From positions 13,020,001 through 13,084,000 of the forward strand of contig NC_043005.1 of the NCBI RefSeq assembly GCF_006345805.1: DNA of 64,000 nucleotides, in the 5' to 3' direction. The stretch's first letter is position 1, and every line of letters starts with the position of its first letter. The notes below the pieces were generated by a model that saw only the letters and a program-made list of their open reading frames with translations, made no database searches and was not told where the DNA came from. Origin of the DNA: Octopus sinensis (Eukaryota). A program made the translations under genes and the position numbers. Of this stretch, positions 13,966 through 25,339 are shown in pieces.

Positions 13966-13968
13966 ATA

Positions 13969-14157
13969 CGGAGATGTACTTGCATAGCGAGTGACACAAT
14001 CTGAGATCGTGTGCTGAACGAAAACAATTGCAGCATGGAAGGTGTTTGTAAGCTATTTAAGAAACACACAAAAGCCGTTCGATTCACTTCAACATTTAAG
14101 TTTAATTTGTCAAAATATTTTCGTCGCTCTGAGACCGCGACCTGTTCACTGACAAAA
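13969..14157 (-). mobile_element. Short non-coding element carrying the G3-C8 hammerhead, ending in a (TA)n tract (Penelope pLTR-like or retrozyme-like)
   Basis: About 190 bp of complex sequence abutting (TA)n at 13968, hammerhead at the opposite end; no ORF. Confidence 0.5.
14106..14156 (-). ncRNA. Minimal type I hammerhead ribozyme with G3-C8 swapped core
   Basis: Minus strand UUUGUCA-GUGAACA-G-GUCGC-GGUCUCAGA-GCGAC-GAAA-AUAUU-U/UGACAAA: 7-bp stem I, 5-bp stem II, palindromic AAUAUU stem III; predicted cut between 14113 and 14112. Confidence 0.7.
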
Positions 14158-14220
14158 CGTCTTGCTGCAAGAGAAGCAGCAAGAACAACAAGGCATTTGT
14201 GTGTGTGTGTGTGTGTGTTG

Positions 14221-14469
14221 TTTTATGTATGTATTCACATGAATATAGTTGCATATATATGAGCATAACTGCTCATATATATTGTAAGGATAAACTTCTG
14301 GAAAGTTTTACAAATTTTTACAGTTCTAATTATGGATTAGATTTGTTGTCTTCGAATTAGCTTTCTCCTTTCCGGTTTTGCGAAACCCAATTCCTCGAGG
14401 TTGGTATCAACGCAGTGTGTTACATTTCCCAGGGCCCCAATAATTACAGGTATAAACCTCAACTTGTAA
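14221..14469 (-). mobile_element. (CATA)n-associated R4/Dong-like LINE, 3' fragment
   Basis: YKLRFIPVIIGALGNVTH...LEELGF...RRKLIRRQQI then TVKICKTFQKFII*; 5' break lies directly in (CATA)n. Confidence 0.75.
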
Positions 14470-14499
14470 TGTATGTATGTATGTATGTATGTATGTATG

Positions 14500-14735
14500 T
14501 CATTATTCAGTTTTATTTCAAGATTTCTTGCCAATAAAAAGCCGGTTTCTAAACTATATACAAGACTTTTTCATTGGAATTTCAACGTCAACAGGGAATT
14601 TTTTTTTACGTATGTGTGTATATATGCAACTTTGAATGTTTTGCTTTATGTATGTCTTCTCATGCATATACTTGCATGTCTAGACATGCACATATATACT
14701 TAAATGATAAACTTCTGGTAAGTTTTTTCAGATTT
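14500..14735 (-). mobile_element. Same LINE family, KTYQKFII* plus 3' UTR
   Basis: 3' UTR ends CTGAATAATGA then (CATA)n; 5' side also CATA repeats. Confidence 0.75.
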
Positions 14736-15388
14736 ATGTATGTATGTACGTACGTACCTATGTATGTATGTATATAGGCATTCATATATTGATGTATGCA
14801 TATATGTAAACATATATATGCGTGTGTTTATAACCGGTTCTAACGTTGGGTTTGTGTGCATGTGTCTATTTTGGAATGACCCTGTCAATATGGTGCGCGC
14901 GCGCGTACGTATTTGCGTGTATATGTGTTTGCGTTGAATGTCATGATTTCACGAAAAAAAAAAACAGATGTCTCAATACGCGCTGGCAATGTTATGTCAA
15001 AAAGCGAAATTTAATGATTCGACACACACAGATCGATAAACTATATATAAAATATAGATCAATAAATGTAGTACCAGACTCAAGAAAATTCAGGAATCGA
15101 TATAGTCGACTAGACTCCTGGAGTAGTTGCTGCAGCAAAGACACAGTCCAGTGAATAAAACAAGTCAATAAACGAATATGCACACAAATAATAATATAAT
15201 ATAATATAATATAATATAATATAATATGATAATTATATTATATTATATATTATATATTATGTATTAAAATCGCAATATATAATTCATGTGCCACTCCCAA
15301 AACGCTATCTTTGATATAGCATGTTAGCACCATAATATGGGCATGTATGTTAGTATGTTAGTGTGTGTGTGTGTGTGTGTGCGTGTTT

Positions 15389-15437
<49 letters not shown>

Positions 15438-15955
15438 TGTGTGTGTGTGTGTGTGTGTGCTTGGGTGCTTACAATGTATAAAATTTTCTGCCCACTCCGA
15501 GTTGCGCACTAAACTGAGTGTTCACACAGTCGAGGACAGCCCAGCCTGAAACGAATTTCAGGCTAGAATGTCAGTTTTAATATGATAAACATATCTATCT
15601 GGTCTACTCAACACAGTAAATTCTACAACAGGTAATGCTCACAGTTTTTTAAAATCATTTTAAAAATAGTTTAATAATTCTAATACTGTATGTGTATGTG
15701 CGTGCGTATGTTAAGAAGGTTAAGATGTTTCACGCAAGTAAATTCATAATAAAAACAAAAAGGTAATGCCTTGAAAACCTCTTTAGGAACTAGATAAAGG
15801 GAATATTTGCATTTTTATCAAAATATGCTACCGGTTTCAGTTGCTTTTAAGTCAAGCTAATCATACTGTAAAGGAAAGAAAATAAATTGAAGTAAATGAT
15901 TCTTTCATGATATCAGTTCAAAATACACGAGGTACAGACTTCTGATGGCTGCTGT

Positions 15956-16011
<56 letters not shown>

Positions 16012-16596
16012 TTCCTTGAATGAGAAAAGACAGCTACCACCGCTAAAACTACTTCTACTACCACCACCACCACCACCACCAGTATGTCGACAACGACGGA
16101 TATACGCTACCAATTTTAATTCTTTCAACCTATGCCGGTTGACTTTTTTTTATGAAAAGCTTTCCACTCGGATTATCCCTCCCACCTTTTTATGTGTGGT
16201 GAGATGTATGAATTGAGGGTGAATTAGCTGCTATTTCTAGCAAGTGGATTAACCTTATAGAAACAGCGAACACAGAACCACATTAGTCACAAGTTTCCCT
16301 TTCTAAAGCGGTTGAGGGTTTTGAGCAGATTATGTGAAATCGCACTCCGGCCAGGGACGTGGGGTGCAGCGAACACAGGACTACATTAACCATCTTTCCC
16401 TTTTGTAAGGCTGTCAGATATGATTAGAAGAGAATTAAGCTACTGTTTCCGATGCAATAAATCCAGAACTGCATTATCGAGTTTCTTTTTATAAGGCTCC
16501 CAGATGTGATTTGAAGGAGATTTAACAGCTATTTCTAACAGATCGGTTGGCTATGTAAAAACGCATAAGTTGACTTGGTGTTAGATTAATGATTGC

Positions 16597-16769
16597 TGTT
16601 TGTTCCTTCTCGAGCCATGCCTGGCTCATAAGGGCTGGTTTCCCGGTTTCCTTGGCGTATAGGATTCCCGACCTGGACGGGACGCCGGCCCGTCGCAGGT
16701 GAGCTGCAAGATGCAGGAGGTAAGAGTGAGAGAAAGTTGTGGCGAAGGAGTCAGCAGAAGTTCGCCATT
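16597..16769 (-). mobile_element. SINE D, 5'-truncated
   Basis: Matches the 3' half of the 45133 element; TSD TAGATTAATGATT at 16582-16594 and 16782-16794. Confidence 0.8.
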
Positions 16770-16903
16770 GGATTAATCCACTAGATTAATGATTACTCGT
16801 TGGTATTTGTTGTTTGTTTTGTAGAATGTGTCACTGCAGAATCTTATCGTTATATAAGGGCATATTTATCTTCCTGACATGTTTTCAATCCTCATCTACC
16901 CAT

Positions 16904-17742
16904 CCTGGCGTGCTAACGTTTCTTATTTCTTAATTGCCCACAAGGGGCTAAACATAGAAGGAACAAACAAGGACAGACAAGGAGATTAAGTCGATTCGAT
17001 TGATCCCAGTGCAGGATGAAAGGCAAAGTCGACTTCGGCGTAATTTGAACTCAGAACGTAACGGCAGACGAAATACTGCTAAGCATTTCGCCCAGCGTGC
17101 TAACGTTTCTTAGTTCTTTACTAGCCACAAGGGGCTAAACACAGAGGGAACAAACAAGGACAGACAAGGAGATTAAGTCGATTACATCGACCCAGTGCGT
17201 AACTGGTACTTATTTAATCGACCCCGAAAGGATGAAAGGCAAAGTCGACCTCGGCGGAATTTGAACTCAGAACGTAACGGCAGATGAAATATCTATTTCT
17301 TTACTACCCACAAGGGGCTAAACACAGAGGGTACAAGCAAAGACAGACACACGGATTAAGTCGATTAGATCGACTCCAGTGCGTAACTGTTACTTATTTA
17401 ATCGACCCCGAAAGGATGAAAGGCAAAGCCGACCTCGGCGGAATTTGAACTCAAAACGTAATGGCAGACGAAATACCGCTAAGCATTTCGCCCGGCGTGC
17501 TAACGTTTCTTAGTTCTTAATTGCCCACAAGGGGCTAAACATAGAGGGAACAAACAAGGACAGTCAAGGAGATTAAGTCGATTAGATCGACTCCAGTGCG
17601 TAACTGGTACTTATTTAATCGACGCCGAAAGGAAGAAAGGCAAAGTCGACCTCGGTGGAATTTGAACTCAGAACATAACGGCAGACGAAATACCGCTAAG
17701 CACTTCGCCCGGCGTGCTAACGATTCTGCCAGCAAGCTGCCT
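16904..17742 (-). mobile_element. SINE A tandem array (about four bodies, two junction types)
   Basis: Repeated bodies; junction GAAATATCTATTTC at 17286-17299 and a recurrent tail-to-A-box junction near 16920, 17100 and 17510. Confidence 0.85.
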
Positions 17743-17959
17743 TAACTGAAGACAATTTGTTTTTCTATTCTAGGCACAAGGCCTGAAATTTTAGGGGGAG
17801 GGGACCAGTCGATTAGATTAACGTTTCTGCCAGCTCACAGCCTTGCTGTTGTTCAATTCCAGGTCATCCTTGAATAAGCAGGCCCTTGATGAAATCCAAC
17901 CTAGCTATTATTATTCGTCACGTCTTTTACAGATGTGAAGGGATTCCGTTATCGAACAT

Positions 17960-19287
17960 GCTTTACTAGCGTCGTCGTCATCATCATCATCATCAGTAGC
18001 AGGAGCAGCAGTTTCAGAGTCTATTATATCCGATATCTCATTTACTAAATCCACTACACCACCACCACCACCACCACCACCACCACCACCACCACCACCA
18101 CCCTCATCACCACCGCCACCACCACCACCACCACCACCACCATCACCACCACCACCACCACCACCACCACCACCCCACCACCACCATCACGACCACCACC
18201 ATCACCACCTCACCATCATCGCCACCACCACATCACCACCACCACCACCACCACCACACCACCATCACCATCACCATCACCACACAGCACCATCACCACC
18301 ACCACCACCCCCACCACCACCACCACCACCACCACACCACACCCCGCAATCATCACCACATCACATCCATCAACACCACTAACCACTCACTACCTCCACC
18401 ACCACCACCACCACCATCACCACCACCACCACCACCACCACCACCACCACCACCACCACCATCACCACCACCACCACCACCACCACCACCACCATCACCA
18501 CCACCACCACCACCACCACCATCACCACCACCACCATCACCACCTCCACCATCATCGCCACCACCACCATCACTCCAACCCCCACCACAGCAATCACCAC
18601 CACCACCCCTAAAAAGAAAAAAAAAGATTGTCTTTTTCTTTTTTTTTAGGGCTTGGGTGGGGTGTGGTGTACTGTTTTGCCTGCTATTTCTAGCAGGTCA
18701 AGCGACTACGTGGAGGCGTCTTCGTTGCTCGTGGTAGGTCTCTTAGTTGTAACTGTGATGGTGAGGTGATGCTGATGGTCGTCGTAACAGGGGTGAGATA
18801 TGATGGTTGTGGTAGAAGTAGTCATAGTGGTCGTTGTTGTTGTAAGGGTTGTAGTTGCGGTGGTGGTGGTGGTGGTAGTGGTGGTGGTGGTGGTGGTGGT
18901 GGTGGTGGTAGTGGTGGTGTGGTGGTGGTGGTGGTGGTGGTGGTGGTGATGGTGGTGGTGGTGGTGGGGGGGGGGTGATGGTGGTGGTGGTGGTGGTGGT
19001 GGTGGTGTGTGGTAGTGATGGTGGTGGTGGTGGTGGTGTGGGGGGGGGGTGATGGTGGTGTGGTGGTGCGGTGATTGCTGTGGTGGGGTGGCGATGATGG
19101 TGGTGGTGGCGGTGGTGGTGACGATGATGATGGTGGTGGTGGTGGTGGTGGTGGTGGTGATGGTGGTGGTGGTGGTGGTGGTGGTGGTGGTGATGATGGT
19201 GGTGGTGATGGTGCTGGTATGGTGGTGGTGGTGGTGGTGGTGGTGGTGATGGTGGTGATGGTGGTGGTGGGGTAGTAGTGGTGGTGG

Positions 19288-19318
<31 letters not shown>

Positions 19319-20763
19319 ATGGTGGTGTGGTGATGGTTGGTGGTGGTGGTGCCTGGTATGGTGGTGGGGTGTGGTGATGGTGGTGGTGGTGGTGGTGGTG
19401 TGGTGGTGTTGGTGGTGGTGGGTGGTGGTTGGTGGTGTGGTGGTGGTGATGGTGGTGGTGGTGATGGTGGTGGTGATGGTGGTGGTGGTGATGGTGATGG
19501 TGGTGGTGGTGATGGGGTGGGGGTGGTGGTGGTGGTGGTGATGGTGGTGGTGGTGGTGGTGATGGGGGGTGTGTGGTGGTGGTGGCGGGGGTTGAGGGTG
19601 GTGGTGGTGGTGGTGGTGATGGTGGTGGTGGTGGTGGTGGTGGTGGTGGTGGTGGTGGTGATGGTGGTGTGGTGGTGGTGGTGGTGGTGGTGGGTGATGG
19701 TGGTGGTGGTGGTGATGAGGTGTGGTGGTGGTGGTGAGTGGTGTGATGTGGTGGTGGTGGGTGGTGGTGGCGGTGGTGCTGAGGTGTGTGGTGTGGTGGT
19801 GATGGTGGTGGGGTGATGGTGGTGGTGGTGGTGTGGTGGTGTGGTGGTGGTGGTGTGGTGGTGGTTGTTGGTGGTGGTGTGGTGGGTGGTTGGTGGTGGT
19901 GGTGGTGGTGGTGGTGGTGATGGTGGTGGTGGTGGTGGTGTTGGTGGTGGTGGTGGGTGGTGGTAGGTGGTGGTGGTGGGGTGGTGGTGATGGTGGTGGT
20001 GGTGGGGTGGTGGTGGTGGTGGTTGGGGGATGTGTTGGTGGTGGTGGTGGTGTGGTGATGGTGGTGGTGGTGGTGGTGGTGGTGGTGGTGGTGAGGGTGG
20101 TGGTGGTGGTGGTGGTGATGGTGGTGGTGGTGATGGTGGTGGTGGGTGGTGGTGGTGGTGGTGGTGGTGGTGGTGGTGTGGTGGTGAGGGTGGTGGTGGT
20201 GGTGGTGGTGGTGGTGGATGGTGGTGGTGGCGGTGGTGATGAGGGTGGTGTGTGGTGGTGTGATGTGGTGGTGATGGTGGGGTGGTGGTGATGGTGGTGG
20301 TGTTGGTGGTGGTGGTGGTGGTGTGGTGATGGTGGTGATGGTGGTGGTGTGTGATTGTGGTGGTGGTGGTGGTGGTTGTGGTGTGATGGTGGTGGTGTGA
20401 TGGTGGTGGTGGTGGTGGTGGTGGTGTGTGTGGTGGTGGTGGTGGTGGTGATGGTGGTGGTGGTGGTGGTGGTGGTGGTGTGGTGTGTGGTGGTGGTGGT
20501 GATGGTGGTGGTGGTTGGGGTGGTGGTGGGGGTGTGGGGATGGTGGTGGTGGGTGGTGGGTGGTGGTGGTGATGGTGGTGGTGATGGTGGGGTGGTGTGA
20601 TGGTGGTTGGTTGTGGTGTGGTGGCGGTGGTGATGATGGTGGTGGTGGTGGTGGTGGTGTAGTGGATTTAGTAAATGAGATATCCGATATAATAGACTCT
20701 GAAACTGCTGCTCCTGCTACTGATGATGATGATGAATGATGATGACGACGACGGTAGTAAAGC
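17960..20763. repeat. Large palindrome: unique 100-bp arms enclosing (CAC)n and (GTG)n tracts
   Basis: 17960-18060 is the near-exact reverse complement of 20656-20763; (CAC)n about 18056-18608, (GTG)n about 18857-20660. Confidence 0.85.
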
Positions 20764-21085
20764 TAGATCGGCGGCAGTGGGAGCGGCAGGCGGCGGCGGA
20801 AGCGGCGACGCTGATGGTAATGGTGGTGGTGGTGGTGGCGATGATGGTTCTGGTTGGTGTAGTTATTCAGTGAAACACTGTCTGTGGTGCGCCTTCCATT
20901 ACTGTTACGTAATCTACGCCGAACAACAATGTCTGACTATGTTAGTAACAGTCTTATTATAGACACATTACTACAAATACATCGACAACGCCACTTCCTA
21001 TACACGCATACACTCACACCTACACATTGACACACATAAATATAGTCACTTACACACACACACATGTATAGATAAATAGATAGAC

Positions 21086-21117
<32 letters not shown>

Positions 21118-21191
21118 GAATACATACATACATACATACATACACACATACATACATACATACATACATACATACATACATACATACATAC

Positions 21192-21253
21192 ATTCGAACT
21201 CACAACCTCACGATCGTAAGCTCGACGCTCTAACCACTGAGCCATGCGCCTTC
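21192..21253 (-). mobile_element. SINE C head only, broken at the B box by (TATG)n
   Basis: Nearly identical to 24231-24293; GTTCGAAT joins directly to GTATGTATG. Confidence 0.75.
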
Positions 21254-21260
21254 ACATTTG

Positions 21261-21293
<33 letters not shown>

Positions 21294-21938
21294 GATAAAG
21301 GGATTACTGGGAAAAAAATTTCTGATAGATAGATAGATAGATACATAATACATACATACATACATGGATAGATAGATGCATACATACATACATACATACA
21401 TACATACATACATACATACATACATACAGGCAAAAATTAATTGTCATTCATATACACCATTGACATACAAAATTGCACCTTGCGTTGCTACCACTTTCTT
21501 TTCATACACACACGCACACACACACACACACAGACTAATACACATGCCTTTAAAGATACACACACCCTTATACTAACAAATTCATTTTACCTCCCTCCAT
21601 TTCTCACTCTATCTCTCTTTCATAGGCACACACACACACACAACACACACCACACATACATGCACGCACGCACACTCGCGTACATAGACACCATAAATTC
21701 TCGAACGTACTCATACGACCGAGGCAGGAAATTAAATATATTTTGTAAGTCTTATTTTAGAAACCACAGTTTTACCGCCTTTTCTTTTCCTTTGTAGAGT
21801 GGTTCGCACAGTTGCACTCAAGTTCACACTCACAGTTGCACTCATGCTCGCTCAAGCCAGCCGTAGAGTGTTGAGTTGTATTTGTGACAACAATGCAGGT
21901 GGCAGTACATACGTGTACACGTTTGGAAACAGGCAGCC

Positions 21939-22347
21939 GGATCAGTTTTTAACATAATTTCTAGGTAACTAAGAAATTTTAAACTTCGTATACTGGTAGA
22001 ATGTGTTTATAAACCATCTTTTTCTCTTGGCTTTATTGAGAAAATTCTATAGTGTGTAAGATATTTGTTGGGGCTTTTTTCTTCAATTTCTGCAATTTCA
22101 ACCAATCACTGACGTCCATTGAGGTAAAAAAAAACATTCTGTGCCGTATGAATATGTCCCTCGTTTAAGAAACAGATTGGGTTTATTTACATTTGTGAAG
22201 AAAAAAAGATGCCCTTCCCCCCACCCCTAAACCTAACCCTAACTATATATCATTGAAATGCAATAAATCGATATTAGGGTCATAATTATGGGTGACAATT
22301 TCATATGACACCACTAGGAAAAACTGCCGTTCAAATCGAAAAAATCC
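21939..22347 (+). mobile_element. Merlin-like MITE, copy 2 (left TIR internally deleted)
   Basis: Same body as copy 1; left end GGATC joined directly to AGTTTTT; imperfect TSD GGCAGCC/GGCAGCT. Confidence 0.8.
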
Positions 22348-22497
22348 GGCAGCTTCTCAGAACAGTTGTAAATGTGCGTATGCGAATACAACATTATTCT
22401 TTTATTCTTTTATATGTTTCACTCCAATGACTGTGGCCATGCTGGAGCACCGCCATTGTAATCATCTTTCCACTTTCCACCTTTGTCGGAGCGGCGT

Positions 22498-22790
22498 TTG
22501 GTGAAGGATTGAGTTCGATTCTACTGCCCTCTTTTGAGTTCCTTGCTTAGATATTGGCTCATCCGGGATCTCGGCGAGCCAGAGGTCAAGTGCACGTTTG
22601 AAAACGTCTACTCCCCATCCATGGAGGCTCCTCAGATGCTTCAGCAGATAGTTAAACAGCTGTTGGCCCCTTAAGACTCAAGCTATTGCAGTACATCGTC
22701 CTTGCCCGAGATGAAGCAGTCGGCACAGTGGGGACAGCACAGTGACATCCTGTTCGTTGTCTGGTATAGCTCGTTATTCCATAGTTTGGT
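22498..22790 (-). mobile_element. CR1/L2-group LINE ORF2 C-terminal relic
   Basis: Minus frame SLRGQQLFNYLLKHLRSLHGWGVDVFKRALDLWLAEIPDEP...RAVESNSILHQ. Confidence 0.7.
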
Positions 22791-22917
22791 ACCAGCAGCG
22801 TCTTTCATATATATATATATATCACTGCATACCTCTCCCGCCTTCGTTCCATACATACATACAGATATATATATACACATATATATACACGCATATATAT
22901 ACATATATATATATATA

Positions 22918-22955
<38 letters not shown>

Positions 22956-22958
22956 TAT

Positions 22959-23197
22959 TATGTAACTTTGTTTAAGTAGAGACAATTAAATAATCATCCT
23001 AAAGTTATAATTTACATCACATAATAATTACATACAACATAGTAAATAGACCAAGACAAGGGAGATATTAATATATTATTTAGATATGTTCGTTGTCATG
23101 GTGTATTTATCGTATTGTATGTATTTATTATGTTGATGTAAATCATAACTTTAGGATGATTTTCTAAATGTTGTCTCTTCTTAAACCAAGTTATATA
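22959..23197. repeat. Degenerate AT-rich fold-back (MITE-like) next to (TA)n
   Basis: About 100-bp arms (22959-23059, 23093-23197) sharing AATCATCCTAAAGTTAT and ATTTACATCA. Confidence 0.75.
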
Positions 23198-23278
23198 ATG
23201 TCTAGCGTCTCGGCTTCGACCTGAGCACTTTCAAGCAATTGTGTAAAAAAACTTTTTTCGAAGGAAAAATAACAATAT

Positions 23279-23372
<94 letters not shown>

Positions 23373-23385
23373 TATATATATATAC

Positions 23386-23426
<41 letters not shown>

Positions 23427-23989
23427 GGAGATAAATAAAAAATATATGCATACATACAAACATATATGTACGTACCTACATCTACATGTATATATACATG
23501 CATATATAAATAATTATACGGGAGTACAGGACATCACAAAAAGACGTAGAAACGGAAAAAGCCAAAAAACAAAAAACAAGAAAACGGAAAACGAAAAACA
23601 AGAAAACGAAAAACAAATGCAGGACGAGCTACACAAGGACAAAACCCCCGTCATCAGCTGTCGCTAGAGGAGTCAGGCATGTTTCGAAGGCATAACAGAA
23701 CACTAATCCAATAGGCCTTCCTGCGAGAGAATTAAAATAAAATTCCAAGCAGCGGGGCAAAATGAGTACGAACACAAACAAGACGTAACAATAAGACTGC
23801 AAAATTAAAATACATGTACAAAAACAAACACAAGAGGACGAACGAAAAAGCCTTTTTTCTGGCATAGACAAACGATAAAACTGCAAAAATAAAAATACAT
23901 GTACAAAAAGTACAATTAGTTACAAAACGAGAAAATAACAAGAATACTATACAGGAAATCAACCACACAAGGGACGTATATATATATAT

Positions 23990-24290
23990 GTGCTGAGACC
24001 CCCTTTGGGGCATAGCTGACAATGGGATTGCACCTTAAAAGTTACCCTCTCAGGCACAAGTCCGGGCAAGGTTGTTTATGGAGGCCAGCAGTCACTCATG
24101 CATACTGGTCTCCCCTCTCCACGCCACCAGTGTTATCCAAGGGAAAGGCAACAGCAGATACAGCTAAGTGAACTGGAGCAGCGTGAAATAAAGTGTCTTG
24201 CTCAAGAACACAACACGCAGCCCGGTCCGGGATTCGAACTCACAACCTCACGATTGTAAGGTTGACGCTCTAACCACTGAGCCATGCGCC

Positions 24291-24293
<3 letters not shown>
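23990..24293 (-). mobile_element. tRNA-derived SINE family C
   Basis: Minus strand GAAGGCGCATGGCTCAGTGGTTAGAGCG...GAGTTCGAATCCC then TTGAGCAAGACACTT. Confidence 0.8.
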
Positions 24294-24342
<49 letters not shown>

Positions 24343-24344
<2 letters not shown>

Positions 24345-24690
24345 ATATTAGGGAGTATAACTCTAAATATACAGGGAAAAATTCAATTTAGTATTAAATC
24401 AAATTTCACAATATAAATATATAAAATATAAATTAGAGAAAAAACCCCCACTATTATGCAGTATAAACAATGATAGACATAAATCAAATCATAAATATAA
24501 AAGTAAAATATATATTTATAAAACATATAACTAGATCACAAAAAGTATAAAAATGAATAATCGATATATAATAAGTAAAAAAAACTACGTACGTTTCATG
24601 GCTATAATTAAATTTGAATTACAATTAAATTTTAATTTAATCGAAAATGAATTCAATTTAAAATTATAGTCACTCCTCAGGTTAACAATA
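24343..24690 (-). mobile_element. AT-rich Penelope pLTR-like element carrying the canonical hammerhead
   Basis: Abuts (TA)n/(CA)n at 24342; hammerhead lies 240-340 bp from that end; far boundary uncertain. Confidence 0.4.
24583..24683 (-). ncRNA. Minimal type I hammerhead ribozyme, canonical core, long AU-rich stem II
   Basis: Minus strand AAC-CUGAGGA-GUGACUAUAAUU...AAUUAUAGCCAU-GAAA-CGUACGU-A/GUU; stem III palindrome ACGUACGU; GUA site, predicted cut between 24586 and 24585; stem I only 3 bp. Confidence 0.7.
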
Positions 24691-24903
24691 ATAGTTAAAT
24701 AAATAAGCAAATAGAGTTAAATATATAAGCAAATAGAGTTACACAATATCTATTTTTCTCTAATTTATATTTTATACATATACATATATACTAATGGATA
24801 TGACTGTAAGAAGTATAGATTAACATTTTTTAAATAATAAATAGTTATCTTCACTCTCCATTTTATTAACTTCATTTAACTGAACATGATCTTCATATAT
24901 ATA

Positions 24904-25107
24904 CACGGTGCGACAGAAATACCTCCCACATTTGAAAGGTTGACAAAAGGAAAAAGAAACAACATTTATGAAAAATTAATTTGTTTAAACAAAGTGTTAC
25001 AGTTTTTGTTCATTAGCTAAATCAAAATATCATTGGCACTTGCATAAGTTTATTAGCAACACATATGTAAAATTTTAACATGTGGAAAGTATTTGTGCTG
25101 CACCCTG
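24904..25107. mobile_element. Old Tc1/mariner-type MITE
   Basis: 27-bp imperfect TIR (21/27): CACGGTGCGACAGAAATACCTCCCACA vs reverse complement CAGGGTGCAGCACAAATACTTTCCACA; TA TSD. Confidence 0.6.
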
Positions 25108-25111
25108 TATA

Positions 25112-25147
<36 letters not shown>

Positions 25148-25184
25148 TGTATTGCATTTATGTGCTCACCTCTGTATGTGTGAC

Positions 25185-25232
<48 letters not shown>

Positions 25233-25303
25233 AAACCGCTAATCCCTACACATTTTCCCCCTCCGTTATTTTCTTTCTCTCTCCATTTTTCTCCCTCTCA
25301 TCC

Positions 25304-25339
25304 CTTTCTGTCGAAGAGCGTAGGCTCGAAACGTCAAAG
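25304..25339 (+). ncRNA. Minimal hammerhead-like fold with A6U core change
   Basis: CUUU-CUGUCGA-A-GAGC-GUAG-GCUC-GAAA-CGU-C/AAAG; palindromic ACGU stem III, GUC site after 25335. Confidence 0.55.

Noticed and set aside
18379-20739. Gly/Val/Trp-rich ORFs
   Set aside because: All frames of the (GTG)n tract.
21192-21253. tRNA gene (also heads at 24231-24293, 13800-13858, 45135-45200)
   Set aside because: No closed acceptor stem; sequences continue into SINE bodies or microsatellite.
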